NCBI GenBank assembly: GCA_036656055.1
Contig: JAVVOY010000001.1
Coordinates: 33,662-97,661, forward strand
Origin: Bacteroidales bacterium
GTDB taxonomy: Bacteria > Bacteroidota > Bacteroidia > Bacteroidales > G3-4614
Direction of reading: 5' to 3'
Length of the DNA stretch: 64,000 nucleotides
The translations under genes and the position numbers were made by a program. How positions within the stretch are numbered: the stretch's first letter is position 1; each line of letters opens with the position of its first letter. A model generated the notes under the pieces. The model did no database searches and was not told the origin of the DNA. It saw nothing but the letters and a program-made list of their open reading frames with translations. Shown here in pieces: positions 1 to 9,160 of the stretch.

Positions 1-17
1 TCGATAAGTTGCATGGT

Positions 18-1340
18 TTATCTTTTTTTGAAGTTTTGCATTGCCTGTATAGGGCTTTTGCTCATCTTGTGCATCATTTTGCGGGTTGTGTCAAACTGTT
101 TTAACACACGGTTAACCTCTTGTATGGAAACCCCACTCCCTTTTGATATTCTTTGCCTGCGACTACTGTCCATGATGTCCGGATTGCTGCGTTCACGTGG
201 TGTCATTGAACTTATCATCGCTTCAATTCCTTTAAAGGCGTCATCCTTTATGTCGACCTCTTTTATGGCTTTTCCTACGCCCGGTATCATAGATGCCAAG
301 TCTTTAAGATTGCCCATTTTTTTTATCTGTTGTATTTGTGTGAGGAAGTCATTGAAATCGAATTGATTTTTTGCTATCTTTTTTTGTATGCGACGAGCTT
401 CGTCTTCACTGTATTGTTCTTGTGCCTTCTCAACAAATGATACGATATCGCCCATGCCGAGTATTCTGTCGGCCATTCTTTCAGGATGGAAAATATCTAT
501 GGCTTCCATCTTTTCTCCTGTCCCGACAAACTTAATGGGCTTGTCTACAACAGAACGTATTGAGAGAGCTGCACCACCTCTTGTATCGCCATCGAGTTTT
601 GTAAGTACAACGCCTGTGAAATTGAGCCTGTTGTTGAATTCTTTTGCCGTATTAACTGCATCCTGACCGGTCATTGAGTCAACGACAAATAATATCTCTT
701 GCGGTTGAACGGCATCTTTTATTGCCTTTATCTCGCGCATCATCTCTTCGTCTACGGCTAATCTACCGGCAGTATCTATTATGACAACATCGTTACCAGA
801 GTTGCGGGCTTGCTGTATCGCATTTTTTGCAATGGAGACAGGGTCTTTACTCCCCTCTTCACTGTATACCGGTATATTTATCTGATTGCCGAGGACATTG
901 AGTTGTTCTATTGCGGCAGGGCGGTATACGTCACATGCTACTAAAAGAGGTTTTTTGTTTTTCTTTTCTTTTAGCAGCATAGCTAACTTACCGGAGAACG
1001 TCGTCTTTCCAGAACCTTGTAGTCCTGCCATCAATATCACAGACGGATTTCCAGATACGTTAAATTCTGCCGCGGTTTCACCCATAAGTAAGGCCAGTTC
1101 ATCGTGAACTAATTTTATCATCAGTTGTCCGGGCTTGACAGATGTAAGCACGTTCATACCAAGGGCTTTTTCTTTTACAGTATCGGTAAACTGTTTAGCC
1201 ACTTTATAATTTACATCGGCATCTAAAAGGGCTTTACGTACATCTTTTAATGTTTCGGCAACATTAATTTCTGTAATACGGCCTTCGCCTTTTAGTATTT
1301 TAAATGAGCGCTCTAATCGTTCGCTTAGATTTTCAAACAT
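18..1340 (-). CDS. ffh: Signal recognition particle protein Ffh
   Basis: Full-length 440 aa with ATG start. N-domain, SRP54 GTPase motifs (GLQGSGKTT, DTAGR, TKLDGD) and a Met-rich M domain. Confidence 0.97.
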   Translation of the reverse strand: MFENLSERLERSFKILKGEGRITEINVAETLKDVRKALLDADVNYKVAKQFTDTVKEKALGMNVLTSVKPGQLMIKLVHDELALLMGETAAEFNVSGNPSVILMAGLQGSGKTTFSGKLAMLLKEKKNKKPLLVACDVYRPAAIEQLNVLGNQINIPVYSEEGSKDPVSIAKNAIQQARNSGNDVVIIDTAGRLAVDEEMMREIKAIKDAVQPQEILFVVDSMTGQDAVNTAKEFNNRLNFTGVVLTKLDGDTRGGAALSIRSVVDKPIKFVGTGEKMEAIDIFHPERMADRILGMGDIVSFVEKAQEQYSEDEARRIQKKIAKNQFDFNDFLTQIQQIKKMGNLKDLASMIPGVGKAIKEVDIKDDAFKGIEAMISSMTPRERSNPDIMDSSRRQRISKGSGVSIQEVNRVLKQFDTTRKMMHKMSKSPIQAMQNFKKR

Positions 1341-1422
1341 AACAGCAGGACTTTAATTCAATAATTATTATAGTTACAAAAAAACAAAAAGGGAAACCCC
1401 TCCCTGTTATATATTATTAAGT

Positions 1423-1776
1423 CTATTTTATAAGTTTGTTGGTTTTTGTCTCTGGAAATACAACTTTTGGCTTGAATGTCAGAGCCTCTTTGGCATCCAA
1501 CATTGCGTAAGCCATTATTATGACTATATCACCGGGTTGTACAAGGCGAGCCGCTGCACCGTTTAAGCATACAACTCCAGAATCACGCTCTCCTTTTATT
1601 ACATAGGTTGATAGGCGTGCGCCATTGTTGTTGTCTACAATATACACGCGCTCGTTCTCTATTATGCCGGCCGCATCCATAAGATTCTCATCTATGGTTA
1701 TGCTGCCTATATAATTGAGATCTGACTCTGTTATGGTGACACGATGTATTTTAGATTTTAATACCTCTACCAACAT
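1423..1776 (-). CDS. panD: Aspartate 1-decarboxylase
   Basis: 117 aa. Typical N-terminus [26 protein letters not shown], including the Gly-Ser self-processing site. Confidence 0.95.
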   Translation of the reverse strand: MLVEVLKSKIHRVTITESDLNYIGSITIDENLMDAAGIIENERVYIVDNNNGARLSTYVIKGERDSGVVCLNGAAARLVQPGDIVIIMAYAMLDAKEALTFKPKVVFPETKTNKLIK

Positions 1777-1882
1777 TTTGTAATATTCCTTTTTAGTTAA
1801 TATAAGAACTTGTCTTAATTTTCAAGTAATGTCTAAAGAAACGACCGTAAGCTAAAAATGCAAATCTGCATTATGTTGCGTT

Positions 1883-2731
1883 TCACCCTTTTTTGTAGGT
1901 AATATTGTCTATCAGCCTAACTTCTCCGCAGTATACGGTAATACATCCTACTATGTGCTCTGCAGAATTCCACGAAGAGATAGAACAGAGCGATTTTCCG
2001 TCTACAATTTCAAAATATTCTACTCGCATCTCTGGTATGGTATTTATTGCATCGGTTACAAAATCTATCGTTTCTTTTACGGAATTAGACTGTGCAAAGG
2101 TACAACTTTTGAAAAGAGTTTCCCATATTTTAGGTGCATTTTTTCTCTGTTCTGCTGTCAATCTTCTATTGCGGCTGCTCATCGCCAATCCGTCCGCCTC
2201 TCTTACTATTGGTACGGCAATAATATTTACTTGAGAATTTATCTCCTTTGCCATTGCGCGTATTACGGCAATTTGCTGAAAATCTTTCTCCCCGAAATAT
2301 GCCTTATCTGGATTTGCTGCTGAGAATAGTTTACTTACTATCTGTGCTACTCCATTGAAGTGTCCTGGACGGAACCTCCCCTCCATAACCTCTGCTACCG
2401 TGCCTAATTTAAACACCATTTTGTCCTCTTGTGGATATATCTCTTCAACTTCAGGGGCAAATACTATATTACATCCGGCTTTTTCGAGTAATCTACAGTC
2501 GGCATCAAGAGTTCTTGGATATAGAAGCAGATCGTTCTTGTCGTTGAATTGCGTGGGGTTTACAAATATAGATGCAATACAGCATCCGTTATCCTCTGCA
2601 CATCTTTTTACCAATGCAATATGCCCTTCATGTAAGGCCCCCATTGTCGGAACTATTCCGATACTTTTTCCATCTTTCCTGAAACTCTCTATGGCTTTAT
2701 GTAAATCCTTTATCTTATAGACAATTTCCAT
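1883..2731 (-). CDS. panC: Pantoate--beta-alanine ligase
   Basis: 282 aa. [10 protein letters not shown] (HIGH-like) motif and SIFVNPTQF. Lies adjacent to panD. Confidence 0.95.
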   Translation of the reverse strand: MEIVYKIKDLHKAIESFRKDGKSIGIVPTMGALHEGHIALVKRCAEDNGCCIASIFVNPTQFNDKNDLLLYPRTLDADCRLLEKAGCNIVFAPEVEEIYPQEDKMVFKLGTVAEVMEGRFRPGHFNGVAQIVSKLFSAANPDKAYFGEKDFQQIAVIRAMAKEINSQVNIIAVPIVREADGLAMSSRNRRLTAEQRKNAPKIWETLFKSCTFAQSNSVKETIDFVTDAINTIPEMRVEYFEIVDGKSLCSISSWNSAEHIVGCITVYCGEVRLIDNITYKKG

Positions 2732-2930
2732 TGTTCAAATAAATTAAAAACGATGCAAAAATAAAGAAATTAAACCACATACCGCATATTAGCCATTAAA
2801 ATATTGGAACAGATCTTTTGCCTCTTTTCATTAAAAATACAGCCCGTTGATAACAGTCAGATATACAGTGTTATACTTGTTGCTGGTTAAAAAACTGTTT
2901 GAAATTTGGCAGTTTCAATTTTTATTTTAT

Positions 2931-2938
2931 TATCTTTG
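2931..2938 (+). promoter_or_regulatory. Bacteroidota -7 promoter box TATCTTTG upstream of the glycogen-synthase-like gene
   Basis: Exact match to the TAnnTTTG consensus, about 205 nt upstream of the ATG at 3146. Confidence 0.4.
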
Positions 2939-3145
2939 CAGTAAACTATGGCGAAGGTTATCTATGCTTAAGTTGCTATTACCATATAAAGACAAAATTA
3001 AGTTTGTCCTTATTTGTGATTAATCAGAAAGAAGGATTATTGTCTCAATAGAGATAAAATAAATTTGACTTTTTTATTATTAAATTATGGGGAGCAATTG
3101 ATTTTAGTATAGATTGTTTTTGCTAAGAAAATCCAGACATCATAT

Positions 3146-3955
3146 ATGAAAGTAGCAAGAGTACTAGTAATTGCGCAAGAAATTTTTCCGTATTTACCTG
3201 AATCAGAAATTTCTAATTTAAGTCGGGAGTTATTGATAGGGTTGCAGGAGAAAGGTCGCGAAATACGTACTTTCATGCCACGTTATGGTGTCGTTAACGA
3301 ACGCCGTAACCAGTTGCATGAGGTAATTCGCCTTTCCGGCATGAATCTTATAATCGACGACACAGATCATCCACTTATAATTAAAGTTGCTTCAATCCCT
3401 ACCACTAGGATACAAGTGTATTTTATAGATAATGAAGACTATTTTCAACACCGAGATGTTGTTTCTGAACAAGACGGTACGGAGTATGCAGATAACGATG
3501 AGAGGGCAATATTCTTTGCACGTGGTGTGATAGAGACTGTTAAAAAGTTACGATGGGCACCAGATATAGTCCATTGTCATGGTTGGATAACAGCTTTAAT
3601 TCCTCTGTATATAAAGAAAAACTATGCTGATGATCCTTCATTCAGGGATGCAAAGATTGTATATTCAGCATATTCAAATAATTTTACGACACCTCTCGAC
3701 AGTCGTTTTGTTGAGAAATTGAGTATGGACGGTATGGATGTTGCAGATATAGGAATAGAACCTGGAACTGTTCTGTCACATGATGAACTTGTGAAACTTG
3801 CTGTCCGTTATTCTGATGGAGTGATAGCATCTTCTCCGCAAATGGAGCCGAGTTTGGGTGAATATGTAATGAGCCTTGGTAAAAGTTTTCTCCCGTCACA
3901 AGATGAGAACAGTATTGAGGCTTACAATAAATTTTATGATGAAGTTTGTCCGTAA
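3146..3955 (+). CDS. Short glycogen/starch-synthase-like protein (GT5 N-terminal domain only)
   Basis: 269 aa. Begins like GlgA (KVLVIAQEIFPYLPES...FMPRYG...NERRNQLHEV...HCHGW) but ends after about half the length of a full GlgA. Confidence 0.75.
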   Translation: MKVARVLVIAQEIFPYLPESEISNLSRELLIGLQEKGREIRTFMPRYGVVNERRNQLHEVIRLSGMNLIIDDTDHPLIIKVASIPTTRIQVYFIDNEDYFQHRDVVSEQDGTEYADNDERAIFFARGVIETVKKLRWAPDIVHCHGWITALIPLYIKKNYADDPSFRDAKIVYSAYSNNFTTPLDSRFVEKLSMDGMDVADIGIEPGTVLSHDELVKLAVRYSDGVIASSPQMEPSLGEYVMSLGKSFLPSQDENSIEAYNKFYDEVCP

Positions 3956-3984
3956 TAGGCGCCAAAATTAATTTAGTGTATACT

Positions 3985-5454
3985 ATGAAACGAATTATCC
4001 TTTATATCATAATGGGTATTTTGGTTGCTTCATGCAACGATAATAACGAATTGATAGGATCATCGATAGATTATTCTCATATTAAGATAAACTCAGACTC
4101 TTCTTTTGTGTATTCCGCAACATCTGATTCAGTATATTCCAAGCTGAATGATATCGCAGTAAACCGTTCAACATACCATATGTTAGGAAAAGTCGGCATC
4201 TTGAATTTTGCCGATATTAATGCCGATTATCTGACAGAATTTCGATATATAGGTAAGATAGATACGAAATTAGTGGAGGCGAATATGTTAGATTCTATTG
4301 TGCTTACACTAAAATGTGCTGTTAAGCATACCATAGGTGACAAGGTAGCCCCTATGCAGGTTACGGCATATCAGTTGAATAAACTTCTTACTCCTGCCAA
4401 AGGAGATACCCTATTTACGAATATTAGTCCGGATAAATATTGCGACTTTAAAACACTTCTCGGTGAAAAAGTATTCTCTTCGTCCAATCTTAGTTATCCC
4501 TCCTCCCAGTCGGCAGATACAGTAACCGTGACCATACCAATATCACGCGATGGGATGTCTACAAAACAGTGGGCGATTAATTTTTATGACTATTATGTCT
4601 CCAAGGGGGGATTTATATCAGAAGAGGACATCCATAAATATTTGCCTGGATTGTATATAACACACACCTATGGGGGAGGGGCCATAGTACGTATAAATTC
4701 AACCATAGTAAGCCTTTATCATAAAAGTTATGTGTATAATGCTTATGGAGAGATTGCTGTTGTTGATGGTAAGAAGAAGAAGGTAAACGCAATAACACCC
4801 ATTCTTGTCTCCAGCAGCGAAACAGAATCAGTAAACCACATGAGTGTTAAATGGAACCAAACAATATCATCTATGGTTGCTGCTGGAAAGCCTGTAATTA
4901 CTACTCCGCTTGGTTATCAGACGCATATCATTCTCCCTATTAACGATATAATAACAAAATTCAACGCGGCTACCAGCAGCCAGGGAGTAATAGGGCTGAT
5001 AAACTCCGTAACACTATCTGTGCCTATTTTGCGTGAATCTAAGAATAATTATAATATAATGCCTCCTCCATATCTTGTTTTAATGAGGGCAGATGCCAAT
5101 GCAGTCAATAGCGATAACAAAATAGCACACACAACGCCAAATATATTTTTTTATAACCGTATGTTACCTGACAATAAAAATACCTTCTTTGCAACTTATA
5201 GCGCAAAAACGCATTCTTACGAATTTGGTAATATTCAGGCGTATATATCCACAATACTAAAGTATAACCCCAATTTAGGAGCAAGCAACAAATATAAAGG
5301 CGATTCCCATATGATTTTGGTCCCAGTTGATGTACTCTATGACAGCAGCAATATAATGAAATCAGCATTTCCGTATCTTATGGCTCCTTGCTTTGCTCAG
5401 ATAGATACCAAAAACATCAAGATTAAGTTTATATACAGTACTAAAACGTATTAA
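3985..5454 (+). CDS. DUF4270-like lipoprotein
   Basis: The track ORF starts at 3946. I trimmed it to the ATG at 3985, which gives a lipoprotein signal MKRIILYIIMGILVASC. It sits next to the short glgA-like gene, which is the usual position. The family call is from memory of that conserved gene pair. Confidence 0.55.
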   Translation: MKRIILYIIMGILVASCNDNNELIGSSIDYSHIKINSDSSFVYSATSDSVYSKLNDIAVNRSTYHMLGKVGILNFADINADYLTEFRYIGKIDTKLVEANMLDSIVLTLKCAVKHTIGDKVAPMQVTAYQLNKLLTPAKGDTLFTNISPDKYCDFKTLLGEKVFSSSNLSYPSSQSADTVTVTIPISRDGMSTKQWAINFYDYYVSKGGFISEEDIHKYLPGLYITHTYGGGAIVRINSTIVSLYHKSYVYNAYGEIAVVDGKKKKVNAITPILVSSSETESVNHMSVKWNQTISSMVAAGKPVITTPLGYQTHIILPINDIITKFNAATSSQGVIGLINSVTLSVPILRESKNNYNIMPPPYLVLMRADANAVNSDNKIAHTTPNIFFYNRMLPDNKNTFFATYSAKTHSYEFGNIQAYISTILKYNPNLGASNKYKGDSHMILVPVDVLYDSSNIMKSAFPYLMAPCFAQIDTKNIKIKFIYSTKTY

Positions 5455-5572
5455 TTACTATACCAGATGAATGTACAATTCACTCTGTTATGTGCTGTTT
5501 GTTTAACCACATTAGTAATATTATGTATATAAACTGTTATGCAGCATATGTAGTTTTTAAATGCCATAAAAT

Positions 5573-5598
5573 GTGCCATAATAAGTTGGCACGTTTTA
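5573..5598 (+). terminator. Weak intrinsic terminator after the DUF4270 gene
   Basis: Hairpin gtgcca-N8-tggcac followed by gtttta. Confidence 0.35.
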
Positions 5599-5652
5599 CA
5601 TAGTTTTTATTGCAAAAAGATATTTCGGGTTTTTCATTTTCGATTATTTTTG

Positions 5653-5660
5653 TATCTTTG
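5653..5660 (+). promoter_or_regulatory. -7 promoter box TATCTTTG for tRNA-Thr
   Basis: Exact TAnnTTTG match, 24 nt upstream of the tRNA 5' end. Confidence 0.6.
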
Positions 5661-5683
5661 CACTCCGTAAATGATAATATAAT

Positions 5684-5756
5684 GCCGCAATAGCTCAGTT
5701 GGTAGAGCGTTTCACTCGTAATGAAAAGGTCGCCGGTTCGACTCCGGCTTGCGGCT
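5684..5756 (+). tRNA. tRNA-Thr (anticodon CGU)
   Basis: Cloverleaf read by eye. Acceptor GCCGCAA/TTGCGGC, D-arm AGCTCAGTTGGTAGAGC, anticodon stem TTTCA/TGAAA with loop CTCGTAA, T-arm GCCGG-TTCGACT-CCGGC. 73 nt, and CCA is not encoded. Confidence 0.93.
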
Positions 5757-5772
5757 CATAAAGCACAAAAGT

Positions 5773-5805
5773 CCCGTATTCCTTAAACTGAATACGGGGC
5801 TTTTG
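5773..5805. terminator. Bidirectional intrinsic terminator after tRNA-Thr
   Basis: 9-bp stem cccgtattc/gaatacggg. Followed by ctttt on the + strand and by acttttgtg on the - strand. Confidence 0.75.
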
Positions 5806-5995
5806 CCGTCTAAGAGTATTGTCTTTGTTATTGTTTGATAAATTTGCTTGTCTTTATCCCATTGTTGGTTGTTGCTTGTAGCATATAAGTATCTACGTCA
5901 AACTCATCTATCAAAATGCTATTTCATTTTTTTATGGCGAAGTAGAAAGAATAAGAATTGACCTTTATGCAAAGATAACTTTGGATGCATTATTT

Positions 5996-6033
5996 CCTAC
6001 TACTGTCGTGCAATACTGCACGACAGTAGTAGG
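5996..6033. repeat. Perfect 17-bp-arm palindrome with a 4-nt spacer
   Basis: cctactactgtcgtgca-atac-tgcacgacagtagtagg. No flanking T-run on either strand. Confidence 0.9.
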
Positions 6034-6362
6034 ATGCTTATAGCCAAATAGATAAGCTTTTTCATTTATTTGCCTTTTTTTACTGCTAAAATTACAGTGA
6101 AAACTTTTTGGAAAAAGGGAGAAAGAGGAAGTACTGAAGTTGAATATTGTAGCTTTTTTGGGCAGTATCTATAATGTAAACTATAATTATGACTCAGAAT
6201 ATTGTTAAGTGCTAAATCTCGGTTCTATTCTCAGCGATAACTAAAAATTGATTTATCACCAGATCCAAATTTATAGTCGTCAACATATATGAAAAAGTGT
6301 TTTATATATTATGGCTATTTAGTGGTTGTTGTATAATTTGTTTTTATGTTTTATTTAAAAGT

Positions 6363-6387
6363 GGCAGGGTTAATAGGGTACCCTGCC
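6363..6387 (-). terminator. Intrinsic terminator of the M15 peptidase gene
   Basis: ggcagggt-N9-accctgcc. On the - strand it is followed by acttttaaat. Confidence 0.55.
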
Positions 6388-6419
6388 TCTAGAAATTAAG
6401 TATTAGATTTTACGCCCTA

Positions 6420-6857
6420 TTATTTTTCCGTCTTTTTAAAGGTAGTTATTTTACCCCCACCGCAATCGTAGACATCAATATGTACCCATGGGACACCTTC
6501 TTCTAATCGTATAGGATAGGGGAGAAGTATTTGATTTTTCTTAATTAGTTTTCTTGCCTGTTCTGCAGTCATCCCTTTAGCATCAAAATCCATAGCTTTA
6601 CCTAAAATATGAGCAGACATATATGGAGCAGTTTTTGTGCTGACCAATTTACAGAGATTGCAACGCAAACCGCGTTCTGTAAACTCTCCGCCGGATTTCC
6701 AGTTGTTCACGATCATTGGCACACATAATATCTTTTCGCGAATTATTTCCAACGTTTCTATCAGGCTATTATCAACAAACATCCATGCTTGTTCGCCAAA
6801 CTTATTATATACCTCACGGCAAACAAGTTCTTCTATTTTAAAATATTTACTATTCAT
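6420..6857 (-). CDS. Peptidase M15-type zinc D-Ala-D-Ala carboxypeptidase / endolysin-like protein
   Basis: 145 aa. The H-x6-D ... H zinc triad pattern (SAHILGKAMDF ... WVHIDV) is typical of M15A/M15-3 cell-wall peptidases. No signal peptide. Confidence 0.7.
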   Translation of the reverse strand: MNSKYFKIEELVCREVYNKFGEQAWMFVDNSLIETLEIIREKILCVPMIVNNWKSGGEFTERGLRCNLCKLVSTKTAPYMSAHILGKAMDFDAKGMTAEQARKLIKKNQILLPYPIRLEEGVPWVHIDVYDCGGGKITTFKKTEK

Positions 6858-6959
6858 TTTATGTATCTTATAAATGGTTATATCTCTTTTTAGGGATATG
6901 TTGTAAATTCAGACCGATTTCATGAATCTCAGGCAAGTGTGGTCTGTTTGGTGTAAAAC

Positions 6960-7487
6960 TTATTTTTTCTCATTCAATTCTATCATCTGGAATATCTTAT
7001 TGCCGATAGGGAGATAATTTTTCCATGCCGATTTTTTGACTTTGTATCGATATTCTTTTTCTCCTGCATAGATAATAGCTTCAGATGCGTTTTTTTCAGT
7101 ATAGAAAGAGTTGAAATTTGTTATACTATCCGATAGTGTATATCTGTGTTTCCACATGTTTTTATAGGGTTCGATATATATCTTTTTTGTTTCCCCGGAT
7201 ATAATGACCGACCCATTTATAATTTTAATCGAATCTGCCGATGTCGGCTGTTCCATTAGATATGTAAAATTCATTGTAACTGTTTTACTGTTCTGTTTAT
7301 AAGTTAGGTCGAATGTTAAATCTCCCAGTTTGTCGTTTTTGAACAGTGATACAGGCATTGTATAATAAAGAGTTCCATCTTCTTGTGACCTAGCAACATA
7401 ATGCCCTTTGATATTCTGCCCCGAAGTTACGGAGCAGAATATACAAAGTAAGCATGTAAGAATTAATGCGTGAGGTTTATTCACCAT
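6960..7487 (-). CDS. Hypothetical secreted protein
   Basis: The track start at 7493 is TTG, so I trimmed to the ATG at 7487. Hydrophobic signal sequence (ALILTCLLCIFCSVTSG). No motif I recognise. Overlaps the TRL gene stop by 11 nt. Confidence 0.5.
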   Translation of the reverse strand: MVNKPHALILTCLLCIFCSVTSGQNIKGHYVARSQEDGTLYYTMPVSLFKNDKLGDLTFDLTYKQNSKTVTMNFTYLMEQPTSADSIKIINGSVIISGETKKIYIEPYKNMWKHRYTLSDSITNFNSFYTEKNASEAIIYAGEKEYRYKVKKSAWKNYLPIGNKIFQMIELNEKK

Positions 7488-7785
7488 AAACAATTACAGT
7501 ATAAACATTGTAAACGCCTACATACGATAATGCTTGATAATCAACGTGATGTATGCGACTTATCCCGGCTTCTTTGGCAGCAGCTTGAATACTGGCGTCT
7601 CCCAAGGCAACAATGCCGAGATAACCTTTAGCCGTGGCTGTCCCTACTTTACTTGAGCCAGAGTTACTTGTTGCGGTAAAACCATCTTTTACGTTTGTGT
7701 AAATCATACCTGCAACCGGGCTTTTTATGACGCCGCAACTTGCAAATAAAACTGAGATAATTGCAATAGCAAAAAATTTCTTCAT
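7477..7785 (-). CDS. TRL-like (tRNA-associated locus) family lipoprotein
   Basis: 102 aa. Lipobox VLFASC. The body (GMIYTNVKDG...ATAKGYLGIVALGDASIQAAAKEAGISRIHHVDYQ...YTVIVYGE) matches the TRL-like family as I remember it. Confidence 0.7.
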   Translation of the reverse strand: MKKFFAIAIISVLFASCGVIKSPVAGMIYTNVKDGFTATSNSGSSKVGTATAKGYLGIVALGDASIQAAAKEAGISRIHHVDYQALSYVGVYNVYTVIVYGE

Positions 7786-7947
7786 AATAGTTCTTTTATT
7801 GTTTAGTTAATATTACCCGTTTTAACGGGCAGGTTTATTGACTCTATCTTTAATATATACATAATAGGCATATAACTTTTGTCTCTCTCTCTTAGGAGCG
7901 ATATTTACATGTTTAAAACTATGTCTGTATATAATTTTATCGTGTTT

Positions 7948-7955
7948 CAAAGGTA
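7948..7955 (-). promoter_or_regulatory. -7 box (TACCTTTG on - strand) upstream of the TRL operon
   Basis: The + strand reads caaaggta, about 160 nt upstream of the ATG at 7785. Confidence 0.35.
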
Positions 7956-8072
7956 GTATTGGCAGATCATACGCAGGGCTCGCTGCGTAAATATTAGGTT
8001 TAGCAGAAACAATAATACGAATTGCAGCAGTCTGTAAGGAACAAATGTGTTCTCAGAAAGACAATTGTGCTG

Positions 8073-9158
8073 TTATCTTTTATTAAGTAGCACTTTTTGA
8101 AGGTATTCAGAAGGGGCAATTCCTGTCTCAAGACGGAAGTATCGTATAGCGGTTGCTTTGGATCGGAAACCCACGGCAAAAAAAGTTTCGTGAATACCGT
8201 TTATCTCCTGATTTTCTATTATGTTTATAAAGTCTTTAATCCGGTAACTGTTTATCATCGAATAAAAACCATCGTAACCTGCCTCCTGAATTAACTTTGA
8301 CAATGTCGTGCGATTTGTTCCAAGCATAGATGCCAACGTTATAAGAGTCAGATCGGGATTATGCCATATCTGGGTCTTTTCTATTGATAAAATAAACTTT
8401 TCCCATAATGGGGATTTAGTTAGGTCTTTAGGCAGATATATATTTTGGTTTGTTTCTGGCAGAATATGATTGCCATGTGTCGAATAAAGACGTATATATA
8501 GTTCTTGATATGTTATTATTAGAGCAAATATTCCGCAATATATTCTATGGGCAATCAGAACATATATATTGCCTGTAAACATTAATGCCATATATAAGGC
8601 TGCTATTCCTTGTATCCCTATCGCGTATGTACGAATCCATTGATAATTTATGTTCGTCTTAGACCAATTATATGGGAAATAATAGAGCAAAAATGAGAAA
8701 GGTATAAAAACACTCATTATAAGTATTCTGAATAAGACATTGGGCTCACCTGAATATTGTATAATATCACTGAATGAGCTTAGTGTTCTGAAATGTGGTT
8801 TTACAATTGCAATTCCGACGACAAGCAATATAAATGGAGATAATAATAGTAGTGTGTGTTTGATATTAAGCCATCGTGGTCGCATTACCTCAATAGGATA
8901 TAAATATAACATTAGTACAGCCAACAGACCTAAGTTTATCTTGTTTACTTGCAGTACGGTATTAACGGTCTCTGTATTTACGGCATTTATGAAAAAATTT
9001 ATCAAAATTACTACACTTTGTAATCCTAATGTTATTGCTAAGAAGAGTCTTGATCTGTTCCCGCTTTTGTATCGAAGGAACAGAAATAATGCACATAACA
9101 AGCCGCAAAAATTGGCAAAATATGTTGTTAGGTTGAATATATATTCGCTCATTTCCAT
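8073..9158 (-). CDS. Membrane-anchored AraC-family transcriptional regulator (about 7 TM N-domain plus C-terminal HTH), paralog B
   Basis: 361 aa. The N-terminal roughly 230 aa consist of about seven hydrophobic helices. The C-terminus is a typical AraC HTH (LASMLGTNRTTLSKLIQEAGYDGF...VGFRSKATAIRYFRLETGIAPSEY). Confidence 0.8.
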   Translation of the reverse strand: MEMSEYIFNLTTYFANFCGLLCALFLFLRYKSGNRSRLFLAITLGLQSVVILINFFINAVNTETVNTVLQVNKINLGLLAVLMLYLYPIEVMRPRWLNIKHTLLLLSPFILLVVGIAIVKPHFRTLSSFSDIIQYSGEPNVLFRILIMSVFIPFSFLLYYFPYNWSKTNINYQWIRTYAIGIQGIAALYMALMFTGNIYVLIAHRIYCGIFALIITYQELYIRLYSTHGNHILPETNQNIYLPKDLTKSPLWEKFILSIEKTQIWHNPDLTLITLASMLGTNRTTLSKLIQEAGYDGFYSMINSYRIKDFINIIENQEINGIHETFFAVGFRSKATAIRYFRLETGIAPSEYLQKVLLNKR

Positions 9159-9160
9159 AT

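Noticed and set aside
6289-6336. A 15-codon hydrophobic micro-ORF (MKKCFIYYGYLVVVV) in the tRNA-proximal gap.
   Set aside because: It has no promoter or terminator context and is very short. Such ORFs are expected by chance in AT-rich DNA.
7882-7892. A (TC)5 dinucleotide repeat in the leader of the TRL operon.
   Set aside because: Five units is too short to argue for slipped-strand regulation, and it lies outside the promoter spacer and the coding sequence.
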